A stretch of 64,000 nt of DNA, taken from the NCBI GenBank assembly GCA_021835845.1, contig JAKBJU010000001.1, positions 12,908 to 76,907 of the forward strand, written 5' to 3'. Below are positions 33,558-44,615 of the stretch, piece by piece (positions within the stretch are counted from its first letter, which is position 1; each line of letters opens with the position of its first letter). The notes beneath the pieces were generated by a model that was not told where the DNA came from, searched no databases, and saw only the letters and a program-made list of their open reading frames with translations. The position numbers and the translations under genes are program-made. Origin of the DNA: Pseudomonadota bacterium. Its GTDB lineage: Bacteria > Pseudomonadota > Gammaproteobacteria > Burkholderiales > JABEVD01.

Positions 33558-34425
33558 ACCCCAGGCTCTTGATCACGCGCTCGTCGTCACTCCATCCCGA
33601 TTTCACCTTGACCCAGACTTCGAGAAAAACCTTGCCGTCGAACAGCTTTTCCATGTCCCGTCTCGCCTGGGTGGCAATCGCCTTGAGCTTTTCGCCGCCC
33701 TTGCCGATCACGATCGCCTTCTGGTTCGGCTTGTCGACGAGTATCAGGGCATGGATGCGGCGCATCCCCCCTTCCATCCTGAATTGCTCGATCTCGACAG
33801 CAGTCGAATAGGGGATCTCGTCCCCCAGGAGACGAAAAAGCTTTTCCCTGACGAGTTCGGATGCGAGGAAGCGCTCGCTCCTCTCGGTGATCTCGTCCTC
33901 CCCGAACAGCGGCTCCCCTTCCGGGAGGGCGGGTTCGACGGCCTTCACCAGCTGGTCGAGCTGCAGATTCTTTTCGGCGCTGACCGGAATGATCGCGGCA
34001 AAGGAAAATTTGGTTGCAATCTTTTCCATGAAGGGCAGAAGGTGCGCCTTGTCGGCCAGCCTGTCGATCTTGTTGATGACGAGAAAAACCGGCTTGTCCA
34101 CGGGCAGAAGTTCGAGCACGATGGCATCGCGTTCGTCGAAATGTCCCGCCTCGATCACGAAAAGCACGACATCGACTGCCTCGAGGCTGCGCTTCACGCT
34201 GCGGTTCATCGCGCGATTGAGCGCATTCACATGCTGGTTCTGGAAGCCCGGCGTATCGACGAAGACCAGCTGGCTGGCGCTGGTCGTCAGTATTCCCGTG
34301 ACGCGGTGCCGGGTCGTCTGGGCACGGCTGGAAGTGATGCTGATCTTCTGTCCGACGATATGGTTGAGCAGGGTCGACTTGCCGACGTTCGGCCTGCCCA
34401 CGATGGCGACATATCCGGTCCTCAA
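33544..34425 (-). CDS. era: GTPase Era
   Basis: 293 aa from TTG 34425, overlapping the rnc stop (TTGA). [23 protein letters not shown]-terminal KH domain. The longer 472-aa ORF is rejected. Confidence 0.9.
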   Translation of the reverse strand: MRTGYVAIVGRPNVGKSTLLNHIVGQKISITSSRAQTTRHRVTGILTTSASQLVFVDTPGFQNQHVNALNRAMNRSVKRSLEAVDVVLFVIEAGHFDERDAIVLELLPVDKPVFLVINKIDRLADKAHLLPFMEKIATKFSFAAIIPVSAEKNLQLDQLVKAVEPALPEGEPLFGEDEITERSERFLASELVREKLFRLLGDEIPYSTAVEIEQFRMEGGMRRIHALILVDKPNQKAIVIGKGGEKLKAIATQARRDMEKLFDGKVFLEVWVKVKSGWSDDERVIKSLGYEEG

Positions 34426-35093
34426 GGGTTGGCCCGGGTGGCGCTGCGATAGGCATCGAGCGCCGCTGACTGCTCCGCCCCGCGACGGCTTTCGCCTTCG
34501 CCCGTGGTGCGGATGTCGAGTTCGGCAATGCAGCATTCCACCTTGAAGCGCTGCCTGTGCGCTTCCCCGCTCGTCTCCACCACCTGGTAGCGCGGAAGTG
34601 CGATTCTCCTGCCCTGCAGGTATTCCTGAAGCTGCGTTTTGGGATCCTTGACCGGCATGCCGGAATCGATTTCGCCCATCGATTTCTCGTAAAGCTTGCC
34701 GATGACAGAGGATGCCGCATCGAAGCCGCCGTCGAGAAAAATTGCGCCGAACACCGCTTCCAGTGCATCGGCGAGTATCGAAGGGCGCCTGTTTCCGCTG
34801 CTTTTCATCTCCCCCTCCCCGAGCAGGAGAAAGCTGCCGAGATCGAGCCTGATCGCGAGTTCGCAAAGGCTCTGCTGGTTGACGAGGTTCGCCCTGATGC
34901 GCGAGAGATCCCCTTCCGGAAGCTTGGGAAATGCCTTGAAGAGGGCATCGGCGATCACGCAATTCAGGATGCTGTCTCCGAGGAATTCGAGGCGCTCGTT
35001 GTTCGGGCTGCCATGGCTGCGATGGGTCAGCGCCTGCCGCAGCAGCGCATTGTTCCGGAATGCATAGCCCATTCTGGGGCAGAGCGCTTCCAA
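34422..35093 (-). CDS. rnc: Ribonuclease III
   Basis: 223 aa. [13 protein letters not shown] signature and a dsRBD. Confidence 0.93.
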   Translation of the reverse strand: MEALCPRMGYAFRNNALLRQALTHRSHGSPNNERLEFLGDSILNCVIADALFKAFPKLPEGDLSRIRANLVNQQSLCELAIRLDLGSFLLLGEGEMKSSGNRRPSILADALEAVFGAIFLDGGFDAASSVIGKLYEKSMGEIDSGMPVKDPKTQLQEYLQGRRIALPRYQVVETSGEAHRQRFKVECCIAELDIRTTGEGESRRGAEQSAALDAYRSATRANP

Positions 35094-35094
35094 G

Positions 35095-35454
35095 CTACTT
35101 TGCCCCCTTGACCGCCTTGACCTCGAAATCGAGATGCAGGCCGAAATTCGTCACCAGCGGAACATCTACCACATATTTGACATGAAGCTGGAAAGGCTCC
35201 CTGTCGATCTGGATGTCCTGGGCAGTGACCGATGTGACATCGTCCACCGATGCCTTCTTCGCAAAGGCATCGCGAATTTCGAGATCCGATGCGTCGGCCA
35301 TGTCAGGATTGTTCACGATCTCGGTCATGTCGCGCTTGATGTTCTCGTATTCGGTATAAGCAGGAATGATCTTCACCGCGAGCAGCGCTGCCACGATGAC
35401 AATCGCAGATGCCATCAGAAAGCCCGAAAGGGTAATCCCGCTCTGCTTCTTCAA
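35095..35454 (-). CDS. DUF4845-like membrane-anchored protein
   Basis: 119 aa with one N-terminal TM. Conserved lepB-x-rnc position in Betaproteobacteria. Confidence 0.7.
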   Translation of the reverse strand: MKKQSGITLSGFLMASAIVIVAALLAVKIIPAYTEYENIKRDMTEIVNNPDMADASDLEIRDAFAKKASVDDVTSVTAQDIQIDREPFQLHVKYVVDVPLVTNFGLHLDFEVKAVKGAK

Positions 35455-35464
35455 GTTCGTCTCC

Positions 35465-36268
35465 TCAATTGATCAAGGTGCCGATGCGCTTCATGTCGCT
35501 GAAATTCCACCAGATCAGGAACGCACGCCCGACAATGTTGCGCTCCGGCACGAACCCCCAGTAGCGTCCGTCGCTGCTGCCGTCGCGGTTGTCTCCCATC
35601 ATGAAATAATTGCCCGGGGGCACGACGCAGCTGAATTCATGCTCACTGTAGGTGCAGTTCTCCCGGTGCGGAAAATCCCTCACCCCTTCCAGATGGACAT
35701 TGGGCTGATCCGGATTGATCAGGATATCGTGGATGTGCCCGTCCAGATTCTCCTTCATGCGGTTCAATTGCATGAAATTGAGTCCACCTTCCACATAGCT
35801 GTATTTCCCTTCCGGCTCCTGGAAAGCTTCCGCACCGTTCACGAACAGATGCTTGTCCTTGTAGAGGACCGTGTCCCCCGGCAATCCGACGACGCGCTTG
35901 ATGTAATCGACCGAAGGATCGTTGGGATAGCGGAACACCATCACTTCGCCGCGCTTGGGCTCATTGATGTCTATGACTTTCCTGTCGATGACAGGGATCC
36001 TGATGCCGTAGGTGTACTTGTTGACGAGAATGAAATCGCCCACCAGCAGGGTCGGTATCATCGAACCGGAGGGGATCTTGAAAGGCTCGACCAGAAAGGA
36101 GCGCAGCACGAAGACTGCCAGAATCACGGGGAAAAAGCTCTTGGAATATTCGACCCACCATGGCTCCTTTTCGCCCGTCGCCCGGCTCTTTCCTAGCGAA
36201 AACCTGTCCAGCAGCCAGATCGCACCGGTCACTGACAGCAGGATCACCATGATCAAAGCAAAGTCCAT
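35465..36268 (-). CDS. lepB: Signal peptidase I
   Basis: 267 aa. IPSGSMIPTL (catalytic Ser), YIKRVVGLPGD, GDNRDGSSDGRYWGFV. Confidence 0.93.
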   Translation of the reverse strand: MDFALIMVILLSVTGAIWLLDRFSLGKSRATGEKEPWWVEYSKSFFPVILAVFVLRSFLVEPFKIPSGSMIPTLLVGDFILVNKYTYGIRIPVIDRKVIDINEPKRGEVMVFRYPNDPSVDYIKRVVGLPGDTVLYKDKHLFVNGAEAFQEPEGKYSYVEGGLNFMQLNRMKENLDGHIHDILINPDQPNVHLEGVRDFPHRENCTYSEHEFSCVVPPGNYFMMGDNRDGSSDGRYWGFVPERNIVGRAFLIWWNFSDMKRIGTLIN

Positions 36269-36280
36269 ATTTCCCCCGAA

Positions 36281-38077
36281 TTATTTGTTGTCGATCTGCA
36301 GCACGGCGAGGAATGCTTCCTGCGGAATTTCGACGCTGCCGACCTGCTTCATGCGCTTCTTTCCGGCCTTCTGTTTTTCCAGGAGTTTGCGCTTCCTGGA
36401 AATATCGCCGCCGTAGCATTTCGCCAATACGTTCTTGCGCAATGCCTTGATGGTTTCCCTCGCGATGATGTGCGCCCCGACCGCAGCCTGCACCGCGACA
36501 TCGAACATTTGCCTCGGAATGAGCTCGCGCATTTTTTCGGCGAGCTGCCTGCCGCGATACTGGCTGTTCGAACGATGCACGATCAGGGAAAGCGCATCGA
36601 CCTTCTCGCCGTTGATCATGATGTCGAGCTTGACGAGATCGGACGCCTGATATTCCTTGAATTCGTAATCGAGCGAAGCATAGCCGCGGCTGGCGGATTT
36701 CAGCTTGTCGAAGAAGTCCATCACCACCTCGTTGAGCGGCATGTCGTAATTGAGCATCACCTGCCTGCCCATGTACTGCATGTTGCGCTGCACCCCGCGC
36801 TTCTGCACGCAAAGCGTCATCACGACGCCGACATATTCCTGGGGCACCAGTATGGTCGCGTTGATGATCGGTTCCCGGATCTCCTCTATCTTGGAAGGAT
36901 CGGGCATTCTGGATGGATTCTCGATCTCGGACACCGTGCCGTCCCTGGCCACCACCTGGTAGACGACAGTGGGGGCGGTGGTGATGAGATTCATGCCGTA
37001 TTCGCGCTCGAGGCGCTCCTGCACGATTTCCATGTGCAGGAGTCCCAGAAAGCCGCAGCGGAAGCCGAATCCCAGCGCCTGCGAAGTCTCGGCTTCGTAA
37101 TTGAGGGAGGCATCGTTCAGCTTGAGTTTCTCGAGGGCGTCCCTCAGGGCATCGTACTCGTTGGATTCGACAGGATAAAGCCCTGCGAAAACCTGGGGCT
37201 GGATTTCCTTGAATCCCGGGAGCGGAGATGCCGCTGGACGCGAGGCAAGGGTAATCGTATCGCCGACCTTGGCGGATTTCAGTTCCTTGATTCCCGCGAT
37301 CACATAACCCACCTGCCCCGCGCTCAGGCTTTCCTTCGCCATCGATTTGGGCGTGAAGGCCCCGACTTCCTCGCAAAGATAGGATAGTCCGTTGGACATC
37401 AGCAGGATCTTGTCCTTGGGGCCGAGCACCCCGTCCACCACGCGCACCAGCATCACCACGCCGACATAATTGTCGAACCAGGAATCGATGATGAGCGCCT
37501 TCAGCGGCGCATCGATGTCGCCCTTCGGCGGCGGGATCTTGACGATAATCTCCTCCAGGACATCCTCGACACCGAATCCAGTCTTCGCGCTTGCCCGCAC
37601 AGCACCGTGCGCATCGATCCCGATGATGTCCTCGATTTCCTGGATGACCCTGTCAGGCTCGGCAGCCGGCAGATCGATCTTGTTGAGCACGGGGAGCACT
37701 TCCACTCCCTGATCCAGCGCAGTGTAGCAGTTGGCCACCGTCTGCGCCTCGACTCCCTGGGACGCATCGACCACCAGCAGCGCACCTTCGCAGGCGGCCA
37801 GCGAGCGGGAAACCTCATAGGAGAAATCGACATGCCCCGGAGTGTCGATCAGGTTGAGGTAATAGATCTCGCCGTTCTTCGCGACATATCTCAGGGCTGC
37901 AGTCTGGGCCTTGATGGTGATGCCTCGTTCACGCTCGATATCCATCGAATCGAGCACCTGGGATTCCATCTCCCGCTCGGAAAGCCCGCCGCAAAGCTGG
38001 ATGATCCGGTCGGCCAGGGTGGATTTGCCGTGGTCGATATGGGCGATGATAGAAAAGTTGCGGATATGCTGCATCAT
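36281..38077 (-). CDS. lepA: Translation elongation factor 4
   Basis: About 598 aa from ATG 38077 or 38074. [30 protein letters not shown]. Confidence 0.95.
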   Translation of the reverse strand: MMQHIRNFSIIAHIDHGKSTLADRIIQLCGGLSEREMESQVLDSMDIERERGITIKAQTAALRYVAKNGEIYYLNLIDTPGHVDFSYEVSRSLAACEGALLVVDASQGVEAQTVANCYTALDQGVEVLPVLNKIDLPAAEPDRVIQEIEDIIGIDAHGAVRASAKTGFGVEDVLEEIIVKIPPPKGDIDAPLKALIIDSWFDNYVGVVMLVRVVDGVLGPKDKILLMSNGLSYLCEEVGAFTPKSMAKESLSAGQVGYVIAGIKELKSAKVGDTITLASRPAASPLPGFKEIQPQVFAGLYPVESNEYDALRDALEKLKLNDASLNYEAETSQALGFGFRCGFLGLLHMEIVQERLEREYGMNLITTAPTVVYQVVARDGTVSEIENPSRMPDPSKIEEIREPIINATILVPQEYVGVVMTLCVQKRGVQRNMQYMGRQVMLNYDMPLNEVVMDFFDKLKSASRGYASLDYEFKEYQASDLVKLDIMINGEKVDALSLIVHRSNSQYRGRQLAEKMRELIPRQMFDVAVQAAVGAHIIARETIKALRKNVLAKCYGGDISRKRKLLEKQKAGKKRMKQVGSVEIPQEAFLAVLQIDNK

Positions 38078-38159
38078 GATTCGGAAAAAAGGGCACTGGA
38101 GGTGCCCTTTGAAAGTCAATTCCGGATTTTAGCGGATTTCGGCATGCAATGGTAATACT

Positions 38160-39533
38160 TCATCCGACTTTCATCGTGACGAATATCGCATTCCCGCCGC
38201 GCCACACCAGCAATGCGATGACCTTCCCCTTGGGAATCTTCGCAAGCAAACTGTCAAACTGGGAGACGCTGACAACGTCCTGGTTGTTGAACGAGAGAAT
38301 CACATCCCCCCTCGCGATCCCGGCATCGGCCGCCGGGCCATCATCGATGTTCGTGACGACGAGGCCATGCGTGCTCTGAATCTGCTTCTTCTGGTCGGGA
38401 GTCAGTTCGGACAGATAAAGCCCCAGCCTGTCGGATTTCCTTGCGCCCCCCTGTTGCGTCCCGCTCACGGCAGTCTTGTCTGCAGGCATCTCACCCACGA
38501 CGAGCGGCACCTCGACACTTTTTCCCTTGCGCCAGATCTCGACATCGATCTTCGACCCCGGCTTCGTCGCAGCGACGATCTTGGGCAGGTCGCGCGACTC
38601 GCCAATGGCCTGTCCGTTGAATTTCAGGATGATGTCTGATGGCTGCAGACCCGCCTTGTCGGCCGGCCCATCCTTCTCCACCTTGCTGATCAGCGCGCCT
38701 TTGGGCTCGGAAAGTCCAAAGGATTCGGCAAGCTCCCGGCTCACATTCTGGATCACGACGCCCATCCTGCCCCGAGTCACATGTCCGGTGCTGCGCAACT
38801 GGTCGACCACATTCATCGCGACATCGATAGGAATGGCGAAGGAAAGCCCCATGAATCCGCCCGTCCTGCTGTAGATCTGCGAATTGATTCCGACCACTTC
38901 CCCTTCCATGTTGAAAAGCGGCCCGCCCGAATTGCCGGGGTTGATCGCCACGTCAGTCTGGATGAACGGCACGTAATCTTCCTGAGGCAATGCGCGTCCC
39001 TTGGCGCTGACGATTCCGGCGGTCACCGTATTGTCGAAGCCGAAGGGCGAGCCGATCGCGACCACCCACTCCCCGACCTTCAGCTTGGCAGGATTCCCCC
39101 TCGTCACGAAAGGCAGCCCATGAGCCTTGATCTTGACGAGCGCAACGTCGGAACGCTTGTCCACCCCGACCACCCTGGCCTTGAACTGGCGCTTGTCGTT
39201 GAGCTTGACCATCACCTCGTCTGCGGAATCAACCACATGGGCATTGGTCAGGATGTAGCCGTCGGAGCTGATGATGAAACCCGAACCCAGGGAGCGCGCT
39301 TCATAATCGCGCGGCGCCTGAGGGCCGAAACGGCGGAAAAACTGGTAGAAAGGGTCGTCGGGAGACAGGCCGGGCATGGCGGGAACTCCGGAATCGTGCA
39401 CCATATGGGTAGTGCTGATATTGACGACAGCGGGGCCCTCTTTCGACGCGATCTGAGTGAAGTCAGGGAGATTCTGGGCATTGGCCGCAGAGACCATGAA
39501 CAGCGCGATCAAAAAGCCGTAAAATTTCGTCAT
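38160..39533 (-). CDS. Periplasmic serine endoprotease DegP/MucD family
   Basis: 457 aa. Signal peptide, trypsin-like domain (GNSGGPL), two PDZ domains. Confidence 0.9.
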   Translation of the reverse strand: MTKFYGFLIALFMVSAANAQNLPDFTQIASKEGPAVVNISTTHMVHDSGVPAMPGLSPDDPFYQFFRRFGPQAPRDYEARSLGSGFIISSDGYILTNAHVVDSADEVMVKLNDKRQFKARVVGVDKRSDVALVKIKAHGLPFVTRGNPAKLKVGEWVVAIGSPFGFDNTVTAGIVSAKGRALPQEDYVPFIQTDVAINPGNSGGPLFNMEGEVVGINSQIYSRTGGFMGLSFAIPIDVAMNVVDQLRSTGHVTRGRMGVVIQNVSRELAESFGLSEPKGALISKVEKDGPADKAGLQPSDIILKFNGQAIGESRDLPKIVAATKPGSKIDVEIWRKGKSVEVPLVVGEMPADKTAVSGTQQGGARKSDRLGLYLSELTPDQKKQIQSTHGLVVTNIDDGPAADAGIARGDVILSFNNQDVVSVSQFDSLLAKIPKGKVIALLVWRGGNAIFVTMKVG

Positions 39534-39557
39534 AGGTTCTTCCTTTGCTTCAAGAAA

Positions 39558-39980
39558 TCATTTTTCCAGAATGTAGGGCTGGAAGCGGGGATTGCCGCGA
39601 TTGATCGAACTGTAGTGCCTTGCCCACAAGAACCCCAGGACAAGGCCGACTGCACCGCCCAGAACTGCAGCCCCATCGCCCCCGTAGGCATTGCCTGCAA
39701 GAGCGCCCGCAAGAAGCGCCAGCATCGGCACCCCATAAACCGCAAGCGATCCCTTCAGCAGGGCACCATCCCGAACCCCTATCCGAACCTCATCGCCCAC
39801 CGTGGCTCCCACCGGGTCGATGACCTCGAACCGCCGGGGATTGGAGCAGAACAGCTTGGACATGGCAGACTTGCCGCAACCTTTCTCGGTATCGCAATGA
39901 CCGCATCCCGCCTGCCTTTCGGCTTCGACCATGGCAACCCCGTTCCCGGTTTCGATCACCCTTGCGCGCGTTTCGATCAT
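39558..39980 (-). CDS. rseC: RseC/MucC family protein
   Basis: 140 aa. CGHC motif then two TM segments. Downstream of rseB. Confidence 0.8.
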   Translation of the reverse strand: MIETRARVIETGNGVAMVEAERQAGCGHCDTEKGCGKSAMSKLFCSNPRRFEVIDPVGATVGDEVRIGVRDGALLKGSLAVYGVPMLALLAGALAGNAYGGDGAAVLGGAVGLVLGFLWARHYSSINRGNPRFQPYILEK

Positions 39981-40939
39981 GGCTTTCCCTTGTAGGCAAC
40001 AGAGTCGCCAATCTGCCTCACGGTAACTTCGGGAACTTCACCGACTACGGTAACCTGATATTGGCCGTCCGGGCGAGCATACAGATTCACCGAACCCTGC
40101 TTTGCCACCCCGTCCATGGGTCTCGCTCCCGGCTTCAACGACTCGATGAAAACCGAAACGGCCACGATGCCGTCAGAATAAACGAGGTGCGTCACGGGAT
40201 CGGATTTACCCCGGAACAGCCGCTTCATTTCAGCGATTTTCCTGAATCCGGAAGGCAGGTTGCCGACTTCCCACCCGCTCTGAACTGGATCACGGGGATG
40301 CTCGTTATGCAGCAGGGGCGCCTTTACCGGCAGGGTGGGCTTGAGCAGGTTCCTGTCCAGGCCGCCCCCGATCTTGACGTAGGTGAATGCGAATTGCTCG
40401 ATAACGTCGCCATCCTCGCCAACCATCGCAACCTTCAGGAGTAGACCGGTTGCAGGATCGACCCACAGCTTGTGTCCATAACGAAACCCATCCTTGGGCA
40501 GCAGGCGATAAACCTTGGCCTGGTAGCCGGCCAACCGCTCATTCCCATCGTCCTCAACCCGGTAATTTTCGGAAAGCGTCTGCAGCTGTTCCGGCAACAG
40601 GGCGGGGAATCCCCTTCTCGCCACATCATGGCGCTCCGCCATCATGGATTTCTGATCGGGATAGTAGAACTGGTAATCCTCCCCATTGAAGATGATTTCC
40701 CTCGCAGGTCCGTCCAGCCTGACCAGCTTCTCGTATTCGCCAGCGTGATCGGCAAGATGGTAGATTCGCGTGCTTTCGACTCGTCCTTCGCGCTGAAAGA
40801 TGAAGGTTCCCTGATAGGTCACCCGACGTGCCGCTGCAGAGATGTTCTGCAGCAACTGGAGGGATTCCTGCGCCGGAATCGGGGTCGATGCAAACGCGAC
40901 ATTGGCCAGAAGGCAGGCCAGCAAAACCACAACTCTCAT
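39977..40939 (-). CDS. rseB: Sigma-E regulatory protein RseB/MucB
   Basis: 320 aa. Signal peptide. rpoE-rseA-rseB-rseC order. Confidence 0.85.
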   Translation of the reverse strand: MRVVVLLACLLANVAFASTPIPAQESLQLLQNISAAARRVTYQGTFIFQREGRVESTRIYHLADHAGEYEKLVRLDGPAREIIFNGEDYQFYYPDQKSMMAERHDVARRGFPALLPEQLQTLSENYRVEDDGNERLAGYQAKVYRLLPKDGFRYGHKLWVDPATGLLLKVAMVGEDGDVIEQFAFTYVKIGGGLDRNLLKPTLPVKAPLLHNEHPRDPVQSGWEVGNLPSGFRKIAEMKRLFRGKSDPVTHLVYSDGIVAVSVFIESLKPGARPMDGVAKQGSVNLYARPDGQYQVTVVGEVPEVTVRQIGDSVAYKGKP

Positions 40940-41418
40940 CTGCCGTTTTCCTGATAGGTGTCGGAAACCTGCACGATGTTGGAATTCATCATTCCGGATT
41001 CGGGAGAAACTTCCTGGTGCGCAAGCAGGTAGTCACTCAGTCTGGATTTGATGACATCGAGATGCGTGGCCTGCGCGACCTGTTTCGGAACCGGGGAGTT
41101 CTCGGGACTTTGCAGTGCGACCCATCCGACCAGGACGACTGCCGCGAACGAGGCTGCCGCCGACCAGGCGTAACGATTGACTTTGTGCAGGTTCGCCTTA
41201 TGCGGAACAGGAGCCAGCACGGTGGGTTCGGCATGGATGGCCTCGCTGCAATCCAGATCGAGATCGGCCCTGAATCCCACGGGATCCCTGATGGCATCTC
41301 CGATCAGATGATAAAAAAGCCAGTCGTCCTGGTCCTCAGCCTTCATCCCGGACACCAGGGTGAGCGCTTCGTCATCTTCCAGTTCGCCGTCCATCAGCAT
41401 CGAAATTTTTTCAGTCAT
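40936..41418 (-). CDS. rseA: Anti-sigma-E factor RseA-like
   Basis: 160 aa. ISMLMDGELEDDE N-terminal motif and a central TM segment. Confidence 0.75.
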   Translation of the reverse strand: MTEKISMLMDGELEDDEALTLVSGMKAEDQDDWLFYHLIGDAIRDPVGFRADLDLDCSEAIHAEPTVLAPVPHKANLHKVNRYAWSAAASFAAVVLVGWVALQSPENSPVPKQVAQATHLDVIKSRLSDYLLAHQEVSPESGMMNSNIVQVSDTYQENGR

Positions 41419-41419
41419 T

Positions 41420-42019
41420 TCACCACCTCTTGTTCTTCCTGGGTTCCAACATCGGTTTCAGCTTTTCTGCAATCACTTCCCTTGCGCGAAAGATTCTGGA
41501 GCGCACCGTTCCTATCGGACAATCCATGATGTTCGCGATTTCCTCGTAACTCAAGCCTTCGATTTCGCGCAGCGTGATCGCCCGCCTCAGTTCGTCAGGC
41601 AGGTTCTGCAGCGTGCTGTTCACCGTCTGGACGATCTGTTTGCTCATCAACTCGTTCTCCGGGGTGGTCACCTCCCACAACCCCTCCCCGTCTTCGGAAT
41701 TTTCCACCTCCTCGTTGTCCAGCGCCGTCGTCGTCGGCGCTCGACGCCCTTGCGCCACCAGATAATTCTTTGCCGTATTGATGCCGATCCGATAGAGCCA
41801 GGTATAAAATGCGCTGTCGCCCCTGAAGGAGGGCAGGGCACGGTAAGCCTTGACAAAAGCCTCCTGCGTCACGTCCTCCACCTCGGCCGGATCGCGAATG
41901 AACCGCGAAAGCAGCCTGGCGAGCTTGCGTTGGTACTTTTCTACCAGCAGTCCGAACGCTTGCTTGTCTCCGCGCTGCGCCCGTTCAACCAGCTGCTGGT
42001 CTATGCTTCTGTCCTCCAT
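41420..42019 (-). CDS. rpoE: RNA polymerase sigma-E (sigma-24)
   Basis: 199 aa. ECF regions 2 and 4 (DVTQEAF.KAYRAL, LSYEEIA.IM.CP.GTVRSR). Confidence 0.93.
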   Translation of the reverse strand: MEDRSIDQQLVERAQRGDKQAFGLLVEKYQRKLARLLSRFIRDPAEVEDVTQEAFVKAYRALPSFRGDSAFYTWLYRIGINTAKNYLVAQGRRAPTTTALDNEEVENSEDGEGLWEVTTPENELMSKQIVQTVNSTLQNLPDELRRAITLREIEGLSYEEIANIMDCPIGTVRSRIFRAREVIAEKLKPMLEPRKNKRW

Positions 42020-42246
42020 GAATTTCCCTGAAATAGTGCGAAAAGATTCGATTCAGCTTCGATCGTATTGCGTATTCGCTTAAGTATAACCTTTCAGGAC
42101 ATCGTTCATGAAGCACAAGAAGCATGCAATTTCAAACACAGACAACCCGGGGTGGGCATTAGTTCACCGGGCGCGCCATGTTTTCGTAAAAACATCCGGA
42201 TTGCGTGATATATTTGCGACAGCAATATAACACAGGGTTTGAACGG

Positions 42247-43821
42247 ATGCGCTTTGACACGATCATCGTCGGCAGCGGACTCGCCGGGCTTTCCCTTGCA
42301 TTGCAGCTCGCCGAAAGGCAGAAAGTCGGCCTGATCACGAAAAAATCCCTGCTCGGAGGCGCAAGCTACATGGCCCAGGGCGGCATCGCAGCAGTCCTCT
42401 CCGAAGACGATTCGATCGAAGCGCATGTGAGGGACACCCTCGTCGCGGGCGCCGGCCTGTGCAACGAGGAAGTGGTGAGGCACGTCGTGAGCGAGGGAAA
42501 GGAAGCCATCCAGTGGCTGATCGACAGGCATGTGCCCTTTACCCACGACCCCGAAGATGCAGGCCACTACCACCTCACCAGAGAAGGCGGGCACAGTTTC
42601 AGAAGAATCATCCATGCCGACGACGCAACGGGGAAGGCGGTCCAGCAAACCCTCGTCGACCAAGCAAGGGAAAATCCCAACATCACCATACTCGAGAACC
42701 ATATGGCGATCGACCTGATCACGGGATCGAAGCTCGGTCTCGAGAACAACCAGTGCCTCGGCCTGTATGCCCTGGACTCCGTGGAAAACCGGGTGAAGAG
42801 CATTGCAGCGGACAATACCGTCCTGGCCACGGGCGGCACCGGCAAGGTTTACCTCTACACCACGAACCCCGATACCGCAACGGGAGACGGCATAGCGATC
42901 GGATGGCGCGCAGGCTGCAGGGTAACCAACATGGAGTTCATCCAGTTCCATCCCACCTGCCTCTATCATCCCAAGGAAAAATCCTTCCTCATTTCCGAGT
43001 CCCTCAGGGGAGAGGGCGGAATCCTGAGACTGCCGGACAGGACGCGCTTCATGCCGGATCACGATGAAAGGGCCGAGCTTGCGCCGCGGGATGTGGTCGC
43101 CCGCGCGATCGATTTCGAAATGAAAAAGCGCGGCATCGAATGCGTCTATCTGGACATGACGCACAAGGGGGCGGATTTTCTGCGCAGCCATTTTCCCAAC
43201 ATCTATTCCCGGTGCCTGGAACTCGGCATCAACATCTCCCGAGAGCCGATTCCTGTCGTTCCCGCTGCGCATTACCTTTGCGGCGGCATCGCGACCGATC
43301 TTTCAGGCAGAACCGACGTCCCGAATCTCTATGCCCTGGGAGAGACCGCCTGCACCGGCTTGCATGGCGCAAACCGGCTCGCCAGCAATTCCCTGCTGGA
43401 ATGCCTGGTTTTTTCTAAGGCTGCGGCGAGGGACATCCTGGCAAAGCCCCCCGGGGAGAAGCGTGAGCTGCCATTGTGGGACGAAAGCCGCGTGACCGAT
43501 GCCGACGAGGAAATCGTTATCCATCACAACTGGTCTGAATTGCGCCGCTTCATGTGGAACTATGTGGGCATCGTGCGCACCAGGAAGCGCCTGGAGCGGG
43601 CACAGAACAGAATCAGGCTGCTTACCGAAGAAATCGAGGAATACTACTCCAACTTCAGGGTCAGCCAGGATCTGCTCGAGCTCAGGAATCTCGTTCTGAC
43701 CGCGGATCTCATCGTGAGAAGCGCGATGCTGCGCCGCGAAAGCCGAGGACTTCATTTCAGCCGGGATTACCCGGAAAAACTCGCCAATGCCGTTGACACG
43801 GTGCTCAAGGCATCGCCATGA
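42247..43821 (+). CDS. nadB: L-aspartate oxidase
   Basis: 524 aa from ATG 42247. FDTIIVGSGLAGLS FAD motif, HPTCL, RGEGG. Confidence 0.93.
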   Translation: MRFDTIIVGSGLAGLSLALQLAERQKVGLITKKSLLGGASYMAQGGIAAVLSEDDSIEAHVRDTLVAGAGLCNEEVVRHVVSEGKEAIQWLIDRHVPFTHDPEDAGHYHLTREGGHSFRRIIHADDATGKAVQQTLVDQARENPNITILENHMAIDLITGSKLGLENNQCLGLYALDSVENRVKSIAADNTVLATGGTGKVYLYTTNPDTATGDGIAIGWRAGCRVTNMEFIQFHPTCLYHPKEKSFLISESLRGEGGILRLPDRTRFMPDHDERAELAPRDVVARAIDFEMKKRGIECVYLDMTHKGADFLRSHFPNIYSRCLELGINISREPIPVVPAAHYLCGGIATDLSGRTDVPNLYALGETACTGLHGANRLASNSLLECLVFSKAAARDILAKPPGEKRELPLWDESRVTDADEEIVIHHNWSELRRFMWNYVGIVRTRKRLERAQNRIRLLTEEIEEYYSNFRVSQDLLELRNLVLTADLIVRSAMLRRESRGLHFSRDYPEKLANAVDTVLKASP

Positions 43822-44015
43822 CAGCCTCCCCCTGCCTGCGCAACTGCTGCCTGGACGAGAACGACATCTGCCTAGGCTGCTTCAGATCGCTTTCCGAAAT
43901 CGTGGCCTGGAACGAGATGGACGCCGCAAAGCGCCGCGCCACGCTCGACCATGCCGAAAAGCGCAGGCAAGCCTTTGAGGTCGGACGAAAAAAATGGAGT
44001 CCAATGATTCTGTAA
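43818..44015 (+). CDS. DUF1289 Cys-rich protein
   Basis: 65 aa. SPCLRNCCLDENDICLGCFRSLSEIVAW. Confidence 0.7.
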   Translation: MTASPCLRNCCLDENDICLGCFRSLSEIVAWNEMDAAKRRATLDHAEKRRQAFEVGRKKWSPMIL

Positions 44016-44039
44016 AATGAGAGGAATCGGAGGAACGAA

Positions 44040-44180
44040 ATGGCACGAATACCGCATGGGCAATACACGAAGGAATTGAGGGAAGAAGCAGTCCGGATGG
44101 CGGAAGTCGAGAAGCTTGGGTTGAGGGAAACGGCCCGGTGCTTGTCGATTCCGAGCGGGACGTTGAAGAACTGGGTGATG
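44040..44180 (+). pseudogene. IS3-family transposase OrfA N-terminal fragment
   Basis: MARIPHGQYTKELREEAVRMAEVEKLGLRETARCLSIPSGTLKNWV is an IS3/IS911-type HTH. Similarity ends at about 44180. A matching IS3-type end motif lies at 44398-44435. Confidence 0.65.
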
Positions 44181-44181
44181 G

Positions 44182-44345
44182 TCACTTCAGCAGGCCGTTC
44201 TCGCCAATCAGGTCTTCAGGCTTCTTGTAATCAGACAGCAGGCTGTCGATCAGGTCTGTGGGCAATGCTTTTGATACGGTCATTTCTTCTCCTTGCTAAA
44301 GTACGGCAGTTTCCTGCCAAATGACCGTTTACACAAAAATTCTTA
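44182..44345 (-). mobile_element. IS256-family fragment (terminal sequence plus first 33 codons of the transposase)
   Basis: Minus-strand ATG 44283 reads MTVSKALPTDLIDSLLSDYKKPEDLIGENGLLK then stop, which is the IS256/mutator transposase N-terminus. An upstream GTGTAAGAATTTTTGTGTAAACGG end-like sequence is present. Confidence 0.6.
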
Positions 44346-44587
44346 CACCCTCCCTCTTCTATTTGCCGTTCTTCACGGCTTCGGTTGAGCAAGATTACCA
44401 CTTATCCGACTGTCCGAATTTCCGGGGCCACCTCTTTATTCTTTGGGTAGCCGCCCATGAAGGGACGGAATCAGCGAGAATGAAAAATAGACTGAACTTA
44501 CCAATTGGCGCCAACATGAGACAGTTGGTATTGTAACTTGCTGTATTATTGTATTTTGTGCATCAGAGACATAATAGCGGATCATGA

Positions 44588-44612
44588 CAAAAAACCCGGG
44601 TTTCCCCGGGTT
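44588..44612 (-). terminator. pnp terminator
   Basis: Minus strand reads AACCCGGGgaaaCCCGGGTT followed by TTTTT, just after the pnp stop. Confidence 0.7.
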
Positions 44613-44615
44613 CTT

